64,000 nt of DNA. Source: Octopus bimaculoides (lineage: Eukaryota). The notes beneath the pieces were generated by a model, which did no database searches, had not been told where the DNA came from, and saw only the letters and a program-made list of their open reading frames with translations. This document shows, piece after piece, positions 52,548 through 64,000 of this stretch. A program made the translations under genes and the position numbers. The stretch covers positions 2,428,597 through 2,492,596 of the forward strand of contig NC_069010.1 in the NCBI RefSeq assembly GCF_001194135.2, given 5' to 3'. Each line of letters starts with the position of its first letter. Positions within the stretch are counted from its first letter, which is position 1.

Positions 52548-52931
52548 GGCGCAGGAGTGGCTGTGTGGTTAGTAGCTTGCTTACCAACCACATGGTTCCG
52601 GGTTCAGTCCCACTGCGTGGCGTCTTGGGTAAGTGTCTTCTACTATATAGCCTCGGGCCGACCAAAGCCTTGTGAGTGGATTTGGTAGATGGAAACTGAA
52701 AGAAGCCCGTCGTATATATATGTATGTGTGTTTGTCCCCCTAGCATTGCTTGACAACCGATGCTGGTGTGTTTACGTCCCCCCCCGTTATTTAGCGGTTC
52801 GGCAAAAGAGACCGATAGAATAAGTACTAGGCTTACAAAGAATAAGTCCCGGGGTCGATTTGCTCGACTAAAGGCGGTGCTCCAGCATGGCCGCAGTCAA
52901 ATGACTGAAACAAATAAAAAAGAGTAAAGAG
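52548..52931 (+). mobile_element. SINE family A, young full-length copy
   Basis: Intact boxes and retained CpGs. Confidence 0.9.
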
Positions 52932-55279
52932 TATATATGTTGGTATATTTAGATCATCATCATCACCATCATCATCGTTTAACGATGTTTAGAATATGAA
53001 GAACAAATATATAGGTGTATTAAAATGGTACTTGGAACGTAGAGGACATTATAGGTGTATTAAGATGGTGTGTGATGCATAACAGCAAAAGATGAATGTA
53101 TATTGGTATCTTAAAATGACATATGGAACATAATTTAACGAAAGCTCTCTAAATGACCATTACAATGGGAAGTTTTTATTGGAATGAACCAATGTGTGAA
53201 ATCCTGAAACAGTCTGAGAAGTGTTAAACTTTGAACACGTATTCAAAACAAAAAAAAAAAACAAAACCCCTGTTTATTTTGATATCTGGTGATGAATGCT
53301 GATTAAGCAATTCTAGATATTAACATCAAGATCAATGAAACATTTAAATGCATGGAAATTTAAAATCAGATTACATATAATATGCGCAGGCATGCATGTA
53401 TACACACACACACACACACATATCAATTCTTATATGTTATAAACAGAGTTTTTTCTACTTTTAATCACTTCTAATGTGAATAACTTTGTTACATATTTCT
53501 AATGAAATATATCATTTTTTTTCTTTCTTTTTTTCTTTTTAAACTAATTTTGACAAAAATCAAGGATTTGGAGGGATTAACTAACTATTGTATGATTAAG
53601 GTGGTGTTTGGTCCATTTACATGAAAGTATAACAGAAATATGAACAAGAAGTTTTGTATGATGGAATGAGAGGCAGTTTGAGGTGGGCTGCTATCAAAAT
53701 GTGTGTTAAGTATTATTATATAGGTATAAATTCAACATTTTGATTAAAGGGGAATTAGAGGAATTGATGAGATGATAAAATAGGAGCCAGTGAAGTGTGA
53801 GTGAGGTTTTAAGTCAATTGTAATGCTTTGTAAATCTTGGGTATGTTAAGGACATTTGGGGTTTTTATTTAAACTTTGTTCATGACCATTTGAACCTGTT
53901 GCTTTCTCTTTTTTTTATACATATGTTCAGTAAATATTTCATTTTTATTTTTTAAATATTTAAAAAAAAAAAGGCTAAAATATGTAAGACTTTCAATTAT
54001 ATTTTTATAACAAATATATTTATATTCATAACAAATATAATATGAGAATTTTTATCATTTTTAGACTTTCTCCTCTACCACTTCCACCTGGGTGGCACTA
54101 AAGTTAAACACATATACTACAACAACAATGTTAAGCAAACAAATAAAAGGAAATAGAAAACAAACATGCAAAAAAAAAAAAAAAAAACCTAAAAAAATTT
54201 TCCAAAACAAAGCAAAGCAGAATGGCTGCTTTGTTGAGGCCATGGAACAATGTGACTTCTACTGACAAGTTGTGAGAAGGAAATGCCAATAATTTTNNNN
54301 NNNNNNNNNNNNNNNNNNNNNNNNNNNNNNNNNNNNNNNNNNNNNNNNNNNNNNNNNNNNNNNNNNNNNNNNNNNNNNNNNNNNNNNNNNNNNNNNNNNN
54401 NNNNNNNNNNNNNNNNNNNNNNNNNNNNNNNNNNNNNNNNNNNNNNNNNNNNNNNNNNNNNNNNNNNNNNNNNNNNNNNNNNNNNNNNATATATATATAT
54501 ATATATATATACATATATAAGCATTCACCATCTCCTTTGAGAGCATCTTGAAATTGAACTTGATTGCGTGTGTGTATGTGTGCATGCATGCATAAAGATG
54601 AAATATACAGAAGTCCACTGTTGCATGTATTCTTTTTCATATCTAAAGCTTTTTAGTTGTAACATTAAATCATTAACAACGCCACAATTGCTCTGTCTGT
54701 TTGACTATTAGAATTGACAGAGCACCCAGTCAGCATCATTGTTGCCACCTGTGTTGACTGCAGTAATCTGAAGTGACTTGTCTAAAGGCACATGTGCCTT
54801 CCTGATTGGGAATCAAACCCATGCCCTTATGAACAATAACATAGTGACCTAACCATAGGCTGTATTCCTTCTCATTTCTGTGTATGTAAGTTATATATTT
54901 GCAAATTCTTAATCCTTAATATTGTGTGTGTGTGTGTGTGCGTGCACCCCCTCCTCATACCCATGCACATGCATATACAGATTTTCTTATGGTTGTCCAT
55001 TGAATTGAGTGATGACTACCTTTTTCATTTGTGTGTCCTTCAGTGACTGTACAACCCAGTCTTTGATACATAGTTTTGATTACAAGTCTCACTTGTAAAT
55101 GTTTGATTGGAAATGCTTCTTTTCGTTAAAGGCATTTCTCTTCCATATTCTTCAGTCCCCTTACCAGCAGTAGAATCACCAGGGTGGACATTAAGTCATG
55201 GTCTTCTTTGTAATGGCTGTTGTTTCTCTGTTTAAAGTGGTATTCAGCTGATCTTTCAATCACTTTGTTGGTTGTATAG

Positions 55280-56450
<1,171 letters not shown>

Positions 56451-57546
56451 CTCCCTCTGTTTGAGCTGACCTATGATTAAAGGCATTCCAGTTGTGACTA
56501 CTTCAGCTTATTCAATGTGACCATGTATTCTAAATAGTGTTAATTTCAGGTTTGGGCTTTTGTTTCTAGCAGGTTGAACAGCTGCATTAAAGGATCCCCT
56601 GTTGGCTTGGCTTTCTTGTTTTTGTAGATGGTTTCCATACATCGAGTTCTATACTAAATAAAGGAAGTTGTATCTTTAAGCACTGTCCTTGTAAGGTACT
56701 ACTATATCTACAATTTACTATGTAATTGTTGTCTTCTGTTTTTTTTCTTTTAATCACATATGTTTAAAATAAGCAGTGTATCATGTTTACCAAAGTTTAG
56801 AGAACGGTGATGTTATGGGAAATCGTAGTCATAACATTGCATTTCAGGAATGGAGCCAAGAAGCACTGCCTCTGTTTAACAGAGAAATTCCACATGGTGT
56901 ATTGCATATCATAGCATTGATTGTTAACATGCCAGAGCTAATATTTACTTGGCATCATAGCCAAAAAAATTTTCACTGGTAACCAAAAATTTTTCACTGG
57001 TAACCATTGTTCAGCTATGATGCAATGAGAACATTATAATGTAGTTGACATCATATATATTCCATGACCTGTTGCTACTATTCATAACTCTGTTTTTGGT
57101 CCACTGAGGATCACTGGTATTTAATCACCTTAATCATGTAGTTTGAAGTAGATACCAAGTTACATAATTAAACATGCACATGCAAAGTATGGAGTATTTT
57201 AACGTTTATGCATATAGGTACACCTCTTTATATATGTTGTTGATCTCATAAAGCAAAGAATCAGTAGTTTGAGACTCTCTGTGTGGTTATGTGTTCACTA
57301 GAGGATGAATCTGCAATGCAACCATCCATGAAGTAAACAAAAATTGTTTGGATAAAGGTAGGAGAATCACATAGCAGTTTAGGTGTTTCAATAGATTTGT
57401 TTTTTCAATTTGATTTACTTGCAAAAAACTAATTTGTGTGGATGATTGGCTTTAGAAAGGACATTCACCTGCCAAACAACTTTTGCCGGTGAAAATATTT
57501 TCAAATCCACTCAGCTGATGCCAACAATTTTGTGTATGTGTGTGTA

Positions 57547-58382
57547 CGTGGTCTGATGAATAAGTATCTGGACTGTTATAATAACGAAGCTAAATCATAC
57601 AAAGTGAAACCACTTGGCACAGATTGACCTTGAACTCTGCTGTGCATGGGCACTGAGTTTTAACATTCTAGCTCACGTTCACTGTTTACTGCAGTGCTTG
57701 GAAGGAAGGTGTGTAGTGTGTGATCATTGCACTGACCATGACAGAGTTGAGTAGAGAATCTGCATTAAATTTTTCCAAAAGCTTGGCAATACCTGCTCAG
57801 AGACCTACGCAAAGTTTTTAAAAACTTTTTGTCATTCTTGACACAATCAAGGAGATCTTGTGCAAGTGAAACCTGATTGTCTTTTTGGTTTTCAGTGATA
57901 AATGGGCTGAACTGAACGGTAACTAATCTGCACATCCTCGGATAATTCATGGATAGGGAATTGATGATTTCCCCTCACAGCTGCATGTCCATCTGCAATG
58001 TTTTTTCTCAGTTCTGCTGGTTGCAGTTCTCCCAGAACATTTGTCCATATTGTCCATTTTTCGGCCATCTTGGAAACATCTGAACAACTCGTACACTTGT
58101 GTGCAGCTCATTCACTCCTCTCCATGCACTTTCTGCAACTTTGCGTAGGCCTCTGACCAGTTATTGCCATGACAACTTTCTCTGTCATGGCAAATACGAC
58201 GGTCACACACTACACTCCTTCCTTCCAAGCACTGCTGTAAACAGCAGAAGTGAGCTAGAGTGTTAAAACTTAGTGCGCATGCACAGCAGAGTTCAAGGTC
58301 AATCTTTGCCAAGCGGCTTCACTCTGCATGCTTCAGCTTCGTGACTGTGGCAACAATCCAGATATTTATTGATCAGACTTCG
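57547..58382. mobile_element. Mariner-derived element made of two inverted 5' ends
   Basis: TA on both sides. Ends CGTGGTCTGATGAATAAGTATCTGGA and (reverse) CGAAGTCTGATCAATAAATATCTGGA. The minus arm encodes decayed transposase N-terminal pieces (AYAKLQKVHGE; TENQKDNQVSLAQDLLDCVKNDKKFLKT) and the plus arm begins the same ORF. Confidence 0.85.
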
Positions 58383-59534
58383 TATATGCAAGTATATATG
58401 TGTAGAATTATGAGATGGCTGTTTTGAATTGTTTTTAATGTTATAAAAACCGATGCTTACATGAATGTTTTGCATGTAAGACATATTTGCTTGAATTGTG
58501 TGGTCAAGATGTTCACTTTTGGAGTCGTATGATGAGGGGTTTGGTTCCACCGCTTGTATACAGTTGGCTGGTGTCTTGCACTGTAGCTGTGAGTCAACCA
58601 ATACCTTGTGAGGGAAATTGGCCGATAGAAATTGAGGAACTCAGTCATGTTTGCGGGTATATGTATGTGTGCACAAGTTTGGGTGAATTGCTTGTAAACA
58701 AAAGGTCCATTCAGTGTTGTCTGTTTCCAGTTCACCTCATAACTATGTCTGGTCTGTTCATTGTTTGACAAACTGAGGGAAATATTTCCTTGTTTGGAAA
58801 CTGGTGAGGGTTAGCGTCAGAGAGGGCATTTCGTCACAGAAAACTCTGCTTCAACATAGTCTTCTTATTTAACTGATGCAACCATGGAAAAGTATACACT
58901 AAAAACAATGATGATGATAAAGATGAATCACTTTGTAAGACTATACTTTGATATTTTTCCTCCCATTTTGTGTAATGAATTTGCTAAGATAGTACAGATT
59001 TGTTCAGTAAATTTAAATAGCTATTTGTAAATTCTAGCATGTACTACATTAGTTTGATGCATTTCCCCTGTCAGTGAGATAAAAAGCTTAGCTATAAAAC
59101 ATGTTATCCAAATACAATATATTCCATTAGTTTGGCATGTTTTAATTAGATATTTATTGGAGAAAATTTATTTTTCAACTTGATTTGCATTTTCTGAATT
59201 ATTTTTTTGTAACCTTATTTAGTCCTCCAAGGCAATATTGGTATATTACCTTAGAGATGAGTAGTCTATTTTATTTCCAACCATTTAACCATTAACATTA
59301 GCATTGGGAAGGGATATATGTATATATATATAGGGAGATGTACTTGCATAGTAAGTGACTTGATCAGAAACTGTGTGTTGAAACAAAAACAATTGCAGTG
59401 TGGAAGCTGTTTGTAATCCATTTAAGAACACACAAAAAACTGTTTCACATCAACATTTAAATTTAATGCGTGTCAAAATATTTTCGTTGCTTTGAAAGTG
59501 CGACCTGCTCACTGACAAAACTTCATGCTGCATC

Positions 59535-59573
<39 letters not shown>

Positions 59574-61682
59574 TCCATCCTGTCAACGCCTCAAATGTAA
59601 AATTCTCCCCTGAAGATGGAGGCAGTATTATCCAATAATGGAACCAAATAACTACCATTATTCGGACCACTAAACCTCAAGAAACAACTGTCAAACTTGT
59701 AAAACTCAACCCATTTAACTCCTGATATCATTTATATTCTGTGTAAGTTGGATTAATTTACATGCATACATATGTACATTTTTTTGTATTAAATGTATTT
59801 AATATTCTATGTAAATCGACTTGCCTAACTTGCTTGTCCTTACATTTACTCCTCTACCTGCTCAAGTTCAAATCTCTTGAGCACTACGAAGTGTATTCTG
59901 TATAGAGCATACCTGTCTAATCTATAAACTATACATGTACTGATCTGTGATTGGTGGGATCAACAAAAGAAGAAGTACTCTATCCAAGAACAGCTAAATA
60001 TCATTTAAAAGACACAGGATTTCAGTGTGAACAATTATAAGTTTCATGCTTTGTTAGTTTGGTAATCATGTATTATCCTGCAGTCTTTCAGGCTCAAAAT
60101 GAAACTTGTTTTATTTTGAGGCTGAAAGGTTGCAGGAGAGAATATGAAACTTTATGTATCTCACATATTTAAATGATATATGACCATGGCTCTTTACATG
60201 GTCTCTGAGATAATGAAGAAGAGGGCATCCTCAAACCAAATACCCAGTGTGGATGCTTGCAAATAAGTAGACTGCCAAAAGATATCAAATTTTCCTGGTG
60301 GTGGTGGTGGTGGTAAACCAGGCAACAGATTATGTCCATTACCTAAGTAATGCATGGTGGGATTTCAACTGAAAACGCAAAGAAACCTGAACTAATGCAA
60401 GATGATGATGATTATACTGCTACTAGGATTGTGCAAGTTAGTGAATACGCATAAAATTTCACCAAAAAGTACAGTGTTGTACATATACTCAGTATTGCTG
60501 AACTTACAGTATAGGGCACCAGCCTTGGTACTGTGGTTGGTTTAACTTGGCTACAACTGTCTCTGAAATTTGAGGACTTGTAGGAGCATGCTGAGATTCT
60601 CCAGCTTGCGTTGTGTATGATGACTGGGGTCGTATTGATGCTTCTGTCTTTTCCTTGGATGGTTGAGGAAGGAGCAAGCAAAATGCAACTACTTATTTTT
60701 CATAAACATAGGGAATTCCCCCCCCCCTTATTTTTACGTTACCCATAACTGAATGATTGTTTTTTTTTTTTTTTCATTGAAAATCTTTGTCTTAGTCAGT
60801 CTTTTTAGGATCTGATGCAATACAAGTAAGGCTGACAAAGTTGAATAAGATTAAAATGTGTCTGGAATTGACACCTGGCTTGCCAAAGATGAGATATAAT
60901 CCTCACTGCATGCTCAGGGGTTTTGGAGTTTTCTCTTCCCTCGCTTTTCTTGACAATGATTATCTTAAACGTTAATGATTTTGCTCTTTGTTAGCAGTAT
61001 GGTTTTAACCTAATTTTTCTCACTATATTGTTAGCCTCCACTGCCGAGGCATCTCTGGATAATTTTCCCAAAGTCAGAAGGCATGATGACCAACCTGGTG
61101 ATAGGTTATGTAAACACTGACCAAGTTATGTGAGTGGTGTAGGAGTGAAATCTTCTGTGTATTTTCCCAGCACTCTCTCTTACTGATGTATAAACATTTG
61201 TGAGAGAAGATACACTATCTACACATATTCTTTTGAGGAGAGTTGCTTACTCTTTTGGTTTGAAAATTGGAGGGCAATATGTATGAACTATTAACTAGTG
61301 TCTTGTGAGTGAATTTAGTAGATGGAAAATTTACAAAACCCATTATCATCATTTAATCCTTGTTCCTGCTGGCATAAATTGAACTGTTTGACAGAACCCA
61401 ATGAGTCCAAGGACTACATTGTGCCCTAGTGCTTGTTTTTGCATGGTTTCTATGGCTGGATGTCCCTCCTAACATCAACCTTTTTTTTTTTTTTTTTTTT
61501 TGTGGCACCAGTATTAGTGAGGTCACCATGCAGCTTGCAAAACCCAAAGAGCCAGTTTTATACAAGATGAGGGGTTAAAATATGGAAGAATGAGCTAGAG
61601 CAGAACAGGTTTCTTGCTATAGACAAGCTACAATAACTACTCTCATTTTAGAATTGTGAGTAGGAGAGATCGGCTGGAGCTC

Positions 61683-61731
<49 letters not shown>

Positions 61732-61739
61732 ATATATAT

Positions 61740-62050
61740 TATCATCGTTTAAAGTCCGTCTTCTATGCATGCATGGATAGGATGGTTGACAGGAGCTGGC
61801 CAGTTAGAAAAACTAGCCTAGGCTACTGTGTCCGTTTTGGCAGAAATTTTATGGTTGGATGCCCTTCCTAACACCAACCACACCACAGAGTGGACTCTGT
61901 GCTTTTTACGTGGTACTAGCATGGGCAAGGTCAGTTTTGGCATGGTTTCTACAGCTGGATGTCCTTCCAAACACCAACCACTCAGCAGTGTGGGTAGCTG
62001 AGTGCTCTTTACATGGCACGGTCAGTTTTAGCATGATTTTTTTTATAGCT
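61740..62050 (-). mobile_element. Family B, diverged reverse copy
   Basis: ATCATCGTTTAAAGTCCG...GGATGCCCTTCCTAACACCAACC. Confidence 0.7.
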
Positions 62051-64000
62051 GTATGAATGTTTACATCCTGCATGTTTTTCAGGAAAATCCACTGAGCTGC
62101 ATGTGGTGAGGCTTGTTGTCATTTCCCTGTCAAGAAATCATTTGCTAGGTCTTCATTTTTGAAGATGCTTTGAATAAGAGATCTTTTACTTGAAAAACAG
62201 AGAAGAGTTAGCAACAAGAAGGCCGTCTGGCTGTAAAACAACACCTCAATAACATATGAATCCATGCTAACCTGGAAAAATAGATTTAAAAACAAATGAA
62301 CTCTTTGGTACTATGAACAAATGGGTAAACTTTGATCTGCTAGATATAGCAGCCATAAGTCTCTTTCATAGTATACTTTACTGCCTTAAAACCTGGATGG
62401 GCACATTAGATAATGGAGTTCTAGATATACCAGATAATGATGACAATGGTGTTAGGATGAAGTAATATTCAGAAACAAAAGAAAAGTAATCTGGACATGA
62501 ATTCGTCTTTTCACTTAAAACTCGATTTTATTTTATGTATGTGTGTATACATATGTAGGTGTGTACATTTGTATTTCTGTGTGTGTATGCATGCATCATT
62601 CTGTATGTATGCATACACCAGTGTTTTCTCATTGATATGTTATGCAGTTTTATTTGTTTTTCTGGTAAAAAAATTTCATGTAAGTTTGTGTATGTATGTA
62701 TGTATGTATGTATGTATGTGAGTGAATACATACATATATAATATATATAATATATATTTATATATACACGTGTGTGTGTGTGTATATATATTATATAATA
62801 TATGTATATAATACATAGGCATCACCTGTGTTACAGAATCACTGCATTTCTCAGTCTTGTAATGTGGAATCCCAAAATGCAAAGTGTATTTTCCCATTGA
62901 CTTCCATATTAAATGTTACACAACATGGAAGCCAGTAGAGAAGTATTTTTGGCATATTGGGATTCCTTGTTATGGCGGTATTTTGAGGAATGCAACACTT
63001 GCGTAATGCCGGAGGTGCCTGTATATAATACAGATGTCTATAAACTCTCATGCATAGAGATAATGTGCATAGTGTTGATGTACTTTGAATTTCTTGACAT
63101 TACACACACATCCACATCTATAGGTACACACATGCATACTACGCTTTCATTTCAGGTGTTTTAAAATTTTTTTTTTTACTTGGTAAGTATTAGGATTATT
63201 TTTAATGTTCATCGTTAAAATTGCTTGACCATCTTGATTAATGATGATGATAATAATCCAATGAGTAACTAGGGGATGTCCTTCTATAATAAAACTAATC
63301 AATTGACCACCAGGTCAGTTTGTTTTCCAAAATGATTTTTCTTTAGTGTTACTGGGACTGGCTGACATTGACACCCGCTAGCTTATTAAAACTGGACCAA
63401 ACGTTAATAAATACTGAGAATGAGATTTCTCATCAAAAATGTCTTGTAAAATGATTTCAAATTTCTGTTCGTTGCAGGCAAGTTCTTTCAAAAATTATAT
63501 AACCTTCCCCTTTTTTAACATTGTTTTTTTTTTGTCTCAACAGGCTGTCTCTTAGGAAGTTGTAAATCTTTTGTAATTTGGAAAGACTATACTTTAAATA
63601 CATAAAACTACCCGTTATCTATGTTTAAAGATGTTCTCTTGTAGATGACATAGTGGTATCTACCTTAATGGGAACTGTCTTGCTTGAAAATACCTGAAAA
63701 ATTTACAAAAAGAAAGAAAAAGTAAAAAAAAAAAAAAAATAAACCTCCAAATAAATAAGACTTGGTTTCATTTCCTTTCAGTGAGTCCTTTATTCTTTCG
63801 ATAGGTTCATTAGCAGCTAACTGTGAAAAACTACATACCATTTGTTGTCGTTATCGTCACCCTCAACTTCATTTTTGTGTCTCACACCGTTTTTTTTTTC
63901 CTGGCTTGATTTTTACAGGGGTCATGTAAATTGGATGGTTATCATGTCATTTATAATAATATTATCTTTGTAGGGATGCCCAGGGTCCAAGCTGGAGGCT

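Noticed and set aside
56961-57005. About 22-bp tandem duplication; similar short one at 21400-21470
   Set aside because: Ordinary slippage products with no further structure.
59605-59650. CTGAAGATGG as a second hammerhead core
   Set aside because: No GAAA core or stems can be drawn.

Overview
AT-rich eukaryotic genomic DNA dense in SINEs and microsatellites, with nine N gaps. The repeat families and style suggest a coleoid cephalopod, probably Octopus (inference). Most of the window is the 5' part of an RBM39/Caper-family splicing-factor gene on the + strand. Its start exon is at 23438-23517 (MADDFDVEAMLEAPYRKE) and the next coding exon is at 37871-37914 (DDVVKTDGRADKER). I found no RS-domain exon before position 64000. 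A probable divergent, unidentified gene starts on the - strand at 5569. The rest is mostly repeats: two or more tRNA-derived SINE families, a (GAT)n-tailed retroposon family, decayed RTE, CR1/Jockey-like and Penelope-like elements, hAT MITEs, a Merlin-like MITE and a mariner fold-back element. Apart from a few that overlap TE remnants or the candidate divergent-gene exon, the ORF-track entries are repeat or microsatellite read-through and not genes. The best candidate for an undescribed system is a predicted splicing switch in RBM39 intron 2. An in-frame 21-nt microexon (32617-32637) lies only 15 nt upstream of the branch point of a stop-containing exon (32691-32758), a geometry that would make the two mutually exclusive. 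More poison-exon candidates lie in intron 3. All alternative exons are predicted from splice signals only and need RNA evidence.
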